Source of the DNA: Candidatus Aldehydirespirator sp.
Lineage (GTDB): Bacteria; Actinomycetota; Acidimicrobiia; Acidimicrobiales; Aldehydirespiratoraceae
Length of the DNA: 64,000 nucleotides
Direction: 5' to 3'
NCBI GenBank assembly: GCA_965205155.1
Contig: OZ242033.1
Coordinates: forward strand, 628,590 to 692,589
Positions 16,701 to 24,160 of the stretch are shown one piece after another. Under the pieces are notes generated by a model that ran no database searches, had not been told where the DNA came from, and saw only the letters and a list, made by a program, of their open reading frames with translations. Every line of letters begins with the position of its first letter. Position 1 is the first letter of the stretch. The position numbers were made by a program, and so were the translations under genes.

Positions 16701-17143
16701 CCTGCGGCGTCGTCGTGGACGACAGGGGCCTCACCGACGCGGGCGAACTGAGCGGTGACCACGCTGGCTCGCGGCTTGTAGTCCACATCGATCAGGTCGA
16801 GGGCCGCATCGACGTCGGCCCGGCTGCTGGCCGCGACCGCGGCCACCTCCTCGCCGATGAAGCGGACCCGTCCCCGCGCCAACGCGGACCGGTCGCTGAA
16901 CGGCTCACCCAGGTGCAGGTAGGTACGGTCGGGCAGGTCGCCGGCGGTGATCACCGCGGCTACGCCACGGAGGGCTTCGGCCCGGGACGTGTCGATGCTG
17001 CGGATGTCGGCATGGGGGTGGGGGCTGCGCAGGATGCGGGCCTCGAGCATCCCGGGCAGCACCACGTCGGTGGTGTAGACGGCCGTCCCCGAGGTCCGCT
17101 CGTCCCACTGGTCGGGCCGTACCCGCCGGCCGAGAACCGTCAA
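13718..17143 (-). CDS. xanthine dehydrogenase/aldehyde oxidase-family molybdopterin subunit fused in frame to a CoxM-type FAD-binding subunit
   Basis: ORF 13718..17611. The start is probably TTG at 17143 (LTVLGRRVRPDQWDERTSGTAVYTTDV…), 13 nt after the 2Fe-2S subunit stop with GAGG upstream. Mo-subunit motifs: VGGGFGAKA, FRGYGNPQ, GIGEIG. The last 333 aa form an FAD-binding domain (AFLGGGTDLL…). No stop codon separates the two parts. Confidence 0.8.
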   Translation of the reverse strand: MTVLGRRVRPDQWDERTSGTAVYTTDVVLPGMLEARILRSPHPHADIRSIDTSRAEALRGVAAVITAGDLPDRTYLHLGEPFSDRSALARGRVRFIGEEVAAVAASSRADVDAALDLIDVDYKPRASVVTAQFARVGEAPVVHDDAAGNLSMQAVRSYGDPDTARSEAEVVVSGNYAYKPAAHVCLEPHSVIARWNSARQQLDLWVSTQAPYFVRKEVAHMLDLDMDQVRTHPVAVGGGFGAKAKAGCHEVIAAALSIRAKRPVRLVLDRNEEFATTAVRHAFYVDLATGARRDGTLTHRDGYVTVDNGAYNHAGPSVAIYATMLAAGPYRLGGCETAVSLVYTNKQPGASFRGYGNPQMTFAMESQIDELAEKLGIDPIELRLLNAPRRGDVTLTGWRLGSARLDECLQRARAEIDWDAKRDLAGSGRGVGVAAAVHVSGANAFEHSELSEAAVEVHEDGTARVCFAGADAGTGQAAMLRQIAADELGLAFDDVTVTMMDSHDAPRDLGAWSSRGTMWSGHAAADAARGAARALKAAAAAKFGTESAHVALTDGEARSGADAVPIGDLVALAEGAADGCLRVQGSYLTDVDKMDKVHGRGHFSPAYSFCVQAVEVEVDYATGQVQVIDAVTVHDSGAALNPAAAEGQAVGAMAMGLGAALGEELVYEQGRLVNPSLLDYAAPRASDLPPIRAVLLDGHDPAGPYGAKGIGEIGVVPTPAAVANAVAHATGVRARELPLTPEKLLPLLKPHSSAARASRGRPEPGALGWEMIWINLMRSLYGRGLFKLLDRRARRRGGRQSPLAPVPDIEAIARPETVEAAVEAGAVQPADSAFLGGGTDLLVARQQGLAAPVRLIDTTSVRELRRLDETPDGDLCIGAAVTLEDLRRRVSAPDAQPGDSMLSDLLDELATHQIRELATVGGNLLQEKRCAFYRNGFPCYKRSGWASPCYAVLGDHRFHHAVLGGHRCQAVTPSDLATGLLALNAVAESVPPRSGPSRQRTIDELYKGPGEPDLAEAELLTQVRVPAVARSRPAAFEKLRLYAGDFAVCSAAVSLALDDDGATIADARVSLGAVAPKPYRAERTEERLLGASLHDTEALREASWAWVYDTQPLPGNVWKVEATCGLLYRALNRIAAVYELQ

Positions 17144-17156
17144 GGCTCTTCGCCTC

Positions 17157-17627
17157 TCAAGCCCCGTCCGGCACCGCGCCGCCGGAGGCGTGCTGCACCG
17201 CGGCCACCACGCCGTTGTAGCCGGTGCACCGGCAGAAGTTCCCGGCCAGTGCCCGCCGGACATCGTCAGGATCGGAGGGGTCGCAGTCGCCCGATTCGAT
17301 GAGCCGGTGGGCCCGCACCACCAGTCCGGGCGTGCAGTACCCGCACTGCAACCCGCCCACGTCGGCGAAGGCCTCCCGCAGGGCCGAGGCGTCGGCGGCC
17401 AAGCCCTCCACGGTTCGCACCGGCGCGTCCACGCGGGCAGCCAGCACCAGGCACGACGGCACGGCCCGGTCGCCGACCAGCACCGTGCACGCTCCGCAGT
17501 CACCCCGGCCACAGGCCTCCTTGGTGCCGATGAGCCCCAGGCGATCTCGCAGCAGGTCCAGGAGCCTGGTCCCCGGTGTGGTGTCGATGGTTGCCGGCGA
17601 CCCGTTGACAACCAGTCGAACGATCAA
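17157..17627 (-). CDS. (2Fe-2S)-binding small subunit of the molybdenum hydroxylase (CoxS-like)
   Basis: Two Cys clusters typical of the family: CGRGDCGACTV and CGYCTPG…CRCTGY. Confidence 0.9.
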   Translation of the reverse strand: MIVRLVVNGSPATIDTTPGTRLLDLLRDRLGLIGTKEACGRGDCGACTVLVGDRAVPSCLVLAARVDAPVRTVEGLAADASALREAFADVGGLQCGYCTPGLVVRAHRLIESGDCDPSDPDDVRRALAGNFCRCTGYNGVVAAVQHASGGAVPDGA

Positions 17628-17642
17628 CGGTGCGCTCCGGTG

Positions 17643-18890
17643 CTACTCATCGGCAGGAGCAGCCGCCGAGTCGGCGGCACGGTAGCGCTCCAGAAGCCAC
17701 TCCGCGAGCTGGGATCGGAAGAAGTCCTGGCCGCTGAGCGGGCCCTGGGGAGCGAAGCGCGATCCCATGCCCCGCTGGCTGGCCACCGCCACCGGCATGT
17801 CCTGGTCGTAGAAGAGCTCGACGCCTCGCTGGTGCTGCTCCAGGAGCTGGTCGAAGAGCTTGAGCTTGGTGGTGGGCTCCGGGAACAGGTATCCGAGCCT
17901 GCCGAGCGATTGGTCGACCGAGACCGGCTGCACGGCCAGCCATTTGACCGAGTCGCTGTAGGCACCGATCAGCAGGGAGGGCGCCACGTACAGGTAGACG
18001 ACGTTCCAGCGGTCGTCTTCGTTCAGGGTCGGTATGGCAGGGAACAGCGTGGCCTGCGTGGGGTTCATGCCCCGATCCTTGAAGCCGGTCCGGCCTCTGC
18101 CCCCGATCCCGATGGAGCCCGGTTCCAGCGGCGGGAAGGTGCCGGCCAGCAGGGTCTCGTTGCTGGTGTCGGCCTCGGTGAAGTCGTAGAGCGAGGCATG
18201 CAGCCGCAGCGAGTGGTATGCGTCCATGAAGTTCTCGGCGAAGACCTTCCAGTTGAACGGCATCGGCAGGAGCTCCGGCTCGGTGGTGACCATCTCGTCG
18301 ATGCAGTAGTTGTCGAGCATCTCATCGAATTCGGTGAGCCTCGGTCCCAGTGGCGCGGGATCTGCGGCGAACGAGCAGAAGACGAAGCCCTGCCATTCCT
18401 CGGTGGCCAGTTGGTGCAGTGAGATGTCCGAGCGAACGAAGCCGGGACGCTGATGCATCTCCGGCGCGCCGATGAGACGACCGTCGAGGTCGTAGGTCCA
18501 CCAGTGGTACGGGCAGCGGAAGTTCCTGGTTGAGCCGCTGCATTCACCGGGCGGATCGAACCACTGGTCCTTGGGCCGATCGGCCGGAGCGGTGATGCAC
18601 ATGGCACGGTGCTGGCAGATCGAGGACATCACGTTGATCCGGCCGTCGCGGTTGCGCACGACGATCACGGGCTCGTTGCCCAGCAGCGTGACGGTGAAGT
18701 AGTCGCCGGGCTCGGGTACCTGGCTGGAACGGCCCACGCACAGCCATTCGGTGTCGAACACCGCAGCCTTCTCGAAGGCGTAGAAATCGGCGTCGGTATA
18801 GCAGGCTGGGGGAAGGCCGACGGCTTCGTTCACCGGGCGGGCAGCGGGCTCCATCAACTCCAGCGGGATCGGGCTGCGCATTGGTCTCAT
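17643..18890 (-). CDS. Rieske (2Fe-2S) / non-haem-iron oxygenase alpha subunit
   Basis: CQH…CPYHWW Rieske ligands, with an unusually long spacer, and the Fe motif ENFMDAYHSLRLH. Confidence 0.85.
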   Translation of the reverse strand: MRPMRSPIPLELMEPAARPVNEAVGLPPACYTDADFYAFEKAAVFDTEWLCVGRSSQVPEPGDYFTVTLLGNEPVIVVRNRDGRINVMSSICQHRAMCITAPADRPKDQWFDPPGECSGSTRNFRCPYHWWTYDLDGRLIGAPEMHQRPGFVRSDISLHQLATEEWQGFVFCSFAADPAPLGPRLTEFDEMLDNYCIDEMVTTEPELLPMPFNWKVFAENFMDAYHSLRLHASLYDFTEADTSNETLLAGTFPPLEPGSIGIGGRGRTGFKDRGMNPTQATLFPAIPTLNEDDRWNVVYLYVAPSLLIGAYSDSVKWLAVQPVSVDQSLGRLGYLFPEPTTKLKLFDQLLEQHQRGVELFYDQDMPVAVASQRGMGSRFAPQGPLSGQDFFRSQLAEWLLERYRAADSAAAPADE

Positions 18891-18972
18891 GCCGGGTGCC
18901 TCCAGTCGCCGATGCGGGAGAAAGTACCGCCGGCCCGGTGAGACAGTAAAGATGGGCGAGTGGTAACGTCCG

Positions 18973-18998
18973 CCCGTCGACGGGTCTGATTGTCAGAC
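18973..18998. promoter_or_regulatory. two abutting perfect palindromes in the divergent Rieske/BMP promoter region (CCCGTCGACGGG and GTCTGA-TTG-TCAGAC)
   Basis: Read directly from the 18891-19035 intergenic region. Candidate operator. Confidence 0.4.
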
Positions 18999-19035
18999 AA
19001 CGGCATGCAACGCGGTTCAACAACCTGGAGGAAAC

Positions 19036-20268
19036 ATGAAGCGACGCACGATTATCTGGTTCGCAGCCGTGATGGCGGTGTTCGGGCTGGTCGCCTCGTC
19101 CTGCGGCGACGATGACGACGCTGACGACGGTGCTGCCGCAGTGACCGAGGCCGCCCCCGAGCCGGCCGACGAGGCGCCTACGGCCGCTGAGGAAGAGGAA
19201 ATGGCCGAAGAGGAGCCGATGGCCGAAGAGGAGCCGATGGCTGAAGAGGAGCCGATGGCCGAGGAAGAGCCGATGGCTGAAGAGGAGCCTGAAGCCGATC
19301 CGATGGACTACAACGGCGACGGCGTGGTGCGCATCGGCGTGGCCGTGCCCGGGGACGCCAACGACGGCGCGTACTACCAGGCCTCCGTGGACGGGGCCAG
19401 GGAGTTCGCCGCAGCCAACGGCTATCCCGAGCCGCTCTATATCGACAAGATCGACCAGGCCGAGGCGGCCACCGAGTTGCGCAACCTGGCCGATCAGGGG
19501 CTGGACATCATCGTCATCGCGGCCGGCGAGATCTCGGAGCCTCTGCCCGACCTGACCGAGGAGTATCCGGAGATCTTCTGGTACTGCCGGTGCGAGGACA
19601 CCTTCCCCGACCTGCCCGGACTGGCCCAGTCGTCCGACAACAGCGCGGCCATCGAGTACATTGCCGGCTTCGCGGCCGGGCTGCTGCTGCAGGAGCGGGG
19701 CGGCGAGAGCGTCTACATGCTCGGCGCCCACGGGGCCGCATTCGAAGTCGAGACGGAGCTCTCGTTCCGGATGGGTCTGAAGGCGGTGGACGAGGCCTAC
19801 GAGATTCACTACGTGCCCACCGGCGCCCACCCCTTCGACTTCGACAATGTGGCCGGAGCGTCCGAGGCCTTCCACAACGCGGTGGCCGCGGGCGCGGACG
19901 CCATCTACCCGTACCTGGGCGGTGCCCACAACCCGGTGATCGCCCTGGCCAACGAGGAGGGCCTCCTCACCATGAGCGCGGGCGCCTCGGACGTGTGCAC
20001 CCGTGAGGGCGACCTCCAATGGGATCTCGCCATCAAGTTCGACGGCGGCGACTACATCAGGGCAGTGTTCCCGCTGATCCAGCAGGGCCGGTTGCAGGAG
20101 GGTGAGCGGTTCATATTCACCGTCGAGCCCGGCTCGGTGGCCGGCGCCGAGATCTGCGATCCCACCCCTGAGCAGGCCGAGCGCATGGAGGCCGAGATCG
20201 AGAAGGTCGGCACGGGTGTCTTCGAGGACCAGTTCAACGAGATCAGGGCCATCGCCTACGGCGGCTGA
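19036..20268 (+). CDS. BMP-family ABC transporter substrate-binding lipoprotein
   Basis: Signal peptide with a lipobox-like LVASSC, an acidic repeat linker, then a BMP/PnrA-like domain (VRIGVAVPGDANDGAYYQ…). Confidence 0.8.
   Translation: MKRRTIIWFAAVMAVFGLVASSCGDDDDADDGAAAVTEAAPEPADEAPTAAEEEEMAEEEPMAEEEPMAEEEPMAEEEPMAEEEPEADPMDYNGDGVVRIGVAVPGDANDGAYYQASVDGAREFAAANGYPEPLYIDKIDQAEAATELRNLADQGLDIIVIAAGEISEPLPDLTEEYPEIFWYCRCEDTFPDLPGLAQSSDNSAAIEYIAGFAAGLLLQERGGESVYMLGAHGAAFEVETELSFRMGLKAVDEAYEIHYVPTGAHPFDFDNVAGASEAFHNAVAAGADAIYPYLGGAHNPVIALANEEGLLTMSAGASDVCTREGDLQWDLAIKFDGGDYIRAVFPLIQQGRLQEGERFIFTVEPGSVAGAEICDPTPEQAERMEAEIEKVGTGVFEDQFNEIRAIAYGG
19189..19293 (+). repeat. 18-bp tandem repeat (about 5.5 copies) encoding (EEEPMA)n inside the lipoprotein linker
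   Basis: GAAGAGGAGCCGATGGCC units are visible directly. The translation reads EEEEMAEEEPMAEEEPMAEEEPMAEEEPMAEEEPEA. Confidence 0.9.
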
Positions 20269-20310
20269 CCCTTCCAGCGGCGGCACGCCGTCGACTCTCG
20301 CAGCCCAGCG

Positions 20311-21906
20311 GTGAGCGACACATTGGACGCGGCGGGCGCCGGAGCCGATCCGGCGCCCGCCATCCATCTGCGCGGTATCGACAAGCGCTTCGGCGCCATC
20401 GTCGCGTGCGACAAGGTCGAGCTGCGTCTGCAGCGAGGCCGCATCCACGGCATTCTGGGTGAGAACGGGGCGGGCAAGTCGACCCTGATGAAGATCGTCA
20501 TCGGGCTGGTCACCCCTGACGGGGGCGAGGTCTACATCGACGGCACCCGGCAGTTCATCCGCGATCCACTCGACGCGGCAACGCACGGCATAGGAATGGT
20601 CCACCAGCACTTCAGCCTGGTGGAGGCTCTGACGGTGTGGGAGAACGTGATCCTCGGGGAGGGCGGGTCGCTCGACCGCAAGGCGGCTCGCCAGCGGGTG
20701 ATGGACATCAGCGAGCACTACGGACTCGGGGTCGACCCGGACGCCCGGGTGGCCAACCTCCCGGCTGGCGTACGCCAGCGGGTGGAGATCATCAAGTGCC
20801 TCCGCCGCGATCCCGACATCATCATCTTCGACGAGCCCACATCGGTGTTGACCCCGGCCGAGTCAGAGCAACTGTTCGCGGTGCTTCGCACCGCGGTGCG
20901 GGACGAGGACAAGGCAGTCGCCCTCATCAGTCACAAGCTCGACGAGGTCCTGCACTCCACCGACGAGATAACCATCATGCGAGCTGGAAGCGTGGTCGCA
21001 CACCTGGAGACCTCCGAGGCCACCGCGGCCGGCCTGGCTCGGGCCATGGTCGGCCGCGAGGTGTCGCTGCGCTCGGAGGCCGCGGCCCTGGGGCTGGTGG
21101 AGGAGATCGAAGCCTTCGCCGAGCATCACGCCGACGGGTCGTCCGATGCCGTTCCGGCCCTGTCGATGGCGGACGTGGTCGTTCGCGGGTCCGACGGCTC
21201 GATGGCCCTCGACGGGCTGACACTGGAGGTTCCTGCGGGCACGATCGTGGGTGTGGCCGGTGTGGAGGGCAACGGTCAGGCTGCGTTGACCGAGGTCCTG
21301 TCGAGCCTGAGGCCGATCGCCGAGGGCACCATCGAGGTCGCCGGCAAGCCCGTGGTCACCGGTCGGGCCGGAGCCATGGCTCGAGCCGGAGTGGCCGTCA
21401 TCCCGGCCGACCGCCACGATTCGGGCTGCGTGCTGGACATGACGGTCGCCGAGAACCTGTTCCTGATCGACATCGAACGGGTGGCCAACATGGGGTTCTA
21501 TGAACAAGCCGGCATCAACCGCAAGGCCCAGGAGCTGATCGACGAGTTCGAGATCCAGACCTCCGGTCCGGGTGCGCCCTTCTTCACCCTCTCGGGGGGC
21601 AACCAGCAGCGGGTGGTGCTGGCCCGGGAGCTGAGCGCCGACCCGCAGGTACTCCTTGCCGACCAGCCGACCCACGGTCTCGATGTGGGCGCCATCGAGT
21701 ACATCAGCGACCGGCTCCGCAAGGTGGCCGACGATGGCGTGGGTGTGCTGCTCATATCGAGCGAACTGGAGGAGCTGCTGCATCTGGCCGACAACATCGT
21801 CGTGCTGTACAGGGGCAGGATCGTCGGGCAGATGGCCCGCGACGAGGTCGATCTGGAGCGTCTGGGAATGCTCATGGGCGGAGCCTCAGAGGTCGAGGCG
21901 CGCTGA
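20311..21906 (+). CDS. ABC transporter ATP-binding protein (duplicated NBD, sugar/nucleoside type)
   Basis: Two Walker A/signature sets (GENGAGKST … LSGGNQQRV). Confidence 0.9.
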   Translation: MSDTLDAAGAGADPAPAIHLRGIDKRFGAIVACDKVELRLQRGRIHGILGENGAGKSTLMKIVIGLVTPDGGEVYIDGTRQFIRDPLDAATHGIGMVHQHFSLVEALTVWENVILGEGGSLDRKAARQRVMDISEHYGLGVDPDARVANLPAGVRQRVEIIKCLRRDPDIIIFDEPTSVLTPAESEQLFAVLRTAVRDEDKAVALISHKLDEVLHSTDEITIMRAGSVVAHLETSEATAAGLARAMVGREVSLRSEAAALGLVEEIEAFAEHHADGSSDAVPALSMADVVVRGSDGSMALDGLTLEVPAGTIVGVAGVEGNGQAALTEVLSSLRPIAEGTIEVAGKPVVTGRAGAMARAGVAVIPADRHDSGCVLDMTVAENLFLIDIERVANMGFYEQAGINRKAQELIDEFEIQTSGPGAPFFTLSGGNQQRVVLARELSADPQVLLADQPTHGLDVGAIEYISDRLRKVADDGVGVLLISSELEELLHLADNIVVLYRGRIVGQMARDEVDLERLGMLMGGASEVEAR

Positions 21907-23060
21907 TGGCGTCCGAAGAGACAGAAGCCGGGATGAACTCGGCGGGCACATCGACCGGCGGCCGCGCCGTGATGTACTCCAAGGCCAGGGAAGCAGGCGT
22001 GGTGGCCGGGCTGTACATCGGCAGCGTGGCCGTGGCCCTGATCATGTCGGCCGCACTGGTGGCGGTCACCGGAGGTTCGTGGCGGGAGGTCTTCTCAGCT
22101 CTGCTGGACGGCAGCCTGAGGGCGCCCGGCCGGTGGGGCGACACCCTGGGCGTGGCTGTGCCTCTGATCTTCGTCGGCGTGGGCACGGTCATCGGCGGCC
22201 GAGCCGGGCTCATCAACATCGGCCAGGAGGGCCAGCTCACCTTCGGCGCGGCCGTGGCCATGTACGCCGGTCTCAACCTGTTCGGTCCCGGCCCGTTCGC
22301 CCTGGTGGGCATGCTCCTGATCGGCCTGGCCGCCGGAGCGTTCTGGGCCGGCATCGCGGGCGTGCTGCTGTACTGGAGGCGAGTACCCGAGGTGCTGACC
22401 ACGCTGCTGCTGGTCACCGTGGCCGCGCAGGTAGTGGGCTTCGGGCTGCAGCGGTCCTGGATCCTGCTCGCGCCCATCGAGGGCCGCTCGTCCCGCAATA
22501 TCGTCAGCGAGCAGCTCGACCCGAGTCGGCGCATCGGCCGGATCGAGCTGTTCGGAAACGAATTCCCCATCAGCGTGTTCTTCGCCCTCGCGTTCGTGAT
22601 CGTGGTGGCGGTGGTGCTGGGTCGCACGGTCTGGGGGTTCAAGCTGCGGATGCTGGGCCGCAGCGCCCGGACCGCCCAGCGAGCCGGGGTGTCGGAGTGG
22701 CGCTACGGCATGGCCGGGCTGCTGCTGTCGGGGGGCTTTGCCGGCCTGGCGGGGTCGGTGATGGTGGCCGGCGGCGACTTCGGCAACTTCCGGCTGGTTC
22801 CCGGCTTCGCGGTGAACATCGGATTCGACGGGCTGCTGGTGGCGCTGGTGGCCCGGCAGAGACCCCTGCTCGTGGTGCCGCTGGCCCTGGTGTTCGCCGG
22901 TCTCAGGACCGGGTCGGGGTTCCTGGCCGCCACCGGCGTGGAGCGGGAGATCACCCAGATCGTCCAGTCGCTGCTGGTTCTGGCCCTGCTGGTCCCTCCG
23001 GCCATCCTCTTCATACGCGAGCGGCGCCGGGCCCTGGCCGCCATGACCGCGAGGACCTGA
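21906..23060 (+). CDS. ABC transporter permease
   Basis: Multi-TM ORF whose start overlaps the ATPase stop. Confidence 0.85.
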   Translation: MASEETEAGMNSAGTSTGGRAVMYSKAREAGVVAGLYIGSVAVALIMSAALVAVTGGSWREVFSALLDGSLRAPGRWGDTLGVAVPLIFVGVGTVIGGRAGLINIGQEGQLTFGAAVAMYAGLNLFGPGPFALVGMLLIGLAAGAFWAGIAGVLLYWRRVPEVLTTLLLVTVAAQVVGFGLQRSWILLAPIEGRSSRNIVSEQLDPSRRIGRIELFGNEFPISVFFALAFVIVVAVVLGRTVWGFKLRMLGRSARTAQRAGVSEWRYGMAGLLLSGGFAGLAGSVMVAGGDFGNFRLVPGFAVNIGFDGLLVALVARQRPLLVVPLALVFAGLRTGSGFLAATGVEREITQIVQSLLVLALLVPPAILFIRERRRALAAMTART

Positions 23061-23063
23061 GCG

Positions 23064-23999
23064 GTGGAAGCCCTCTTCAGCGCGCTGGCCGACGTCTTCG
23101 GCACCGACGTCACCTATTCGAGCGCGGCCCGCTTCGCCGTACTGCTGGCCTTCTGCGCTCTGGGCGAGACCATCGCGGAGCGGGCCGGCACGCTGAACAT
23201 CTCCACCGAGGCCATGATCCTGGCCGGGGCGTTCGCGGCCGCGGTCGGGTTCGACATGACCGACCGGGTCACCATCGGGTTGATGTTCGCGATGGCCGCC
23301 GGGCTGGTGGTCGCCATCGTCCACGCCAACCTGAGCCACCGGCTCACGGCCAACACGTTCGTGGTGGGGCTGACCCTCAACATCCTGGTCCTGGGCCTGG
23401 CCACCTTCTTGAACCGGAACCTCGAGCCTCACTCGAAGCGGGCCCATGTGTTCGAGGTTCCGATCCTGTCGGATATCCCGCTCGTGGGCCCGGCCCTTTT
23501 CGGGCAGTCGTGGCCCTTCTATCTCATCTACCCGCTGATCCCGCTGTCGTTCTGGCTGCTGTACCGCACCCGCTGGGGGCTGGAGGTGCGAGCCGTGGGC
23601 GAGAACCCGCAGGCCGCCGACGTGTCGGGCATCGACGTCAACAAGCGCCGGCGCCAGGGTGTCTACCTGAGCGGGATCACCAGCGGGCTGGGCGGCGGCT
23701 ACCTCCTGCTGGGTCAGGTGGGACTGTTCGAGGAGCAGATTGTGGGCGGCCGGGGATTCATCGCCATCGCGGCGTTGATCTTCGGCGGCTGGACGCTGCG
23801 GGGCGCGGTGGCCGGCTGCCTGCTGTTCGGCGCGGTGGACTCGTTCAGGCTCAGCCTGCCCACGGTCGGCTACGAGGTGACCGCGGAGGTGCTGCAGGCA
23901 CTGCCGTTCGTGGTCACCATCGCGACGGTGGCCGTGTTCGCCCACCGGACCCGCCAGCCGGCCGCTCTGGCCCAACCATTCGTACGGGGTCTGACCTAG
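23064..23999 (+). CDS. ABC transporter permease
   Basis: Multi-TM ORF with a GTG start 3 nt after the previous stop. Confidence 0.85.
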   Translation: MEALFSALADVFGTDVTYSSAARFAVLLAFCALGETIAERAGTLNISTEAMILAGAFAAAVGFDMTDRVTIGLMFAMAAGLVVAIVHANLSHRLTANTFVVGLTLNILVLGLATFLNRNLEPHSKRAHVFEVPILSDIPLVGPALFGQSWPFYLIYPLIPLSFWLLYRTRWGLEVRAVGENPQAADVSGIDVNKRRRQGVYLSGITSGLGGGYLLLGQVGLFEEQIVGGRGFIAIAALIFGGWTLRGAVAGCLLFGAVDSFRLSLPTVGYEVTAEVLQALPFVVTIATVAVFAHRTRQPAALAQPFVRGLT

Positions 24000-24014
24000 A
24001 GCGAGCGTGAATTG

Positions 24015-24140
24015 ACCATGAGCGTCTCGCGTCGCAGCAGTGTCACTCCCGCTCTTGTTCGCTGCGCTCACGGGCCGCTCGGGCCGCGGCCTCGCCCGTA
24101 TGGGCCGGATACGCCCGCCCATTCGCTCGGCCTCTTGGCA
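24015..24140 (+). repeat. intergenic repeat element, copy 1 (core …CGCAGCAGTGTCACTCCCGCTCTTGTTCGCTGCGCTCACGGGCCGCTCGGGCC…)
   Basis: Near-identical core found again at 51820-51962 (same orientation) and at 59190-59300 and 62962-63016 (inverted). Boundaries are approximate. Confidence 0.75.
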
Positions 24141-24160
24141 GACCTGGCGGGAGTGCATAC

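Noticed and set aside
17144-17611. N-terminal 156 codons of ORF 13718..17611
   Set aside because: This part overlaps the 2Fe-2S subunit gene in another frame and has no XDH-family similarity. The Mo-subunit N-terminus (…RVRPDQWDERTSGTAVYTTDV…) begins at about 17143.
19189-19293. Possible CRISPR array or minisatellite
   Set aside because: The 18-bp units are contiguous with no spacers and lie in frame inside a lipoprotein gene. This is a coding tandem repeat, not CRISPR. No cas genes are in the window.
18544-20718. 724-aa minus-strand ORF
   Set aside because: It is antisense to the BMP lipoprotein and ABC ATPase genes, and no domain motifs were recognisable. It even mirrors the acidic repeat as an (LLFGHR)n artefact.
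24015-24140. Repeat element as an insertion sequence, or as a short coding gene (the conserved …RPERPVSAANKSG… peptide in the ORF track)
   Set aside because: It is too short for an IS, and there is no transposase anywhere in the window. The shared peptide just reflects nucleotide identity. It has no start/RBS context, and the copies are read in ORFs that are otherwise antisense artefacts.
22095-24158. 687-aa minus-strand ORF
   Set aside because: It is antisense to the two ABC permease genes, with low-complexity composition. Its N-terminal end is simply a reading of the intergenic repeat element.
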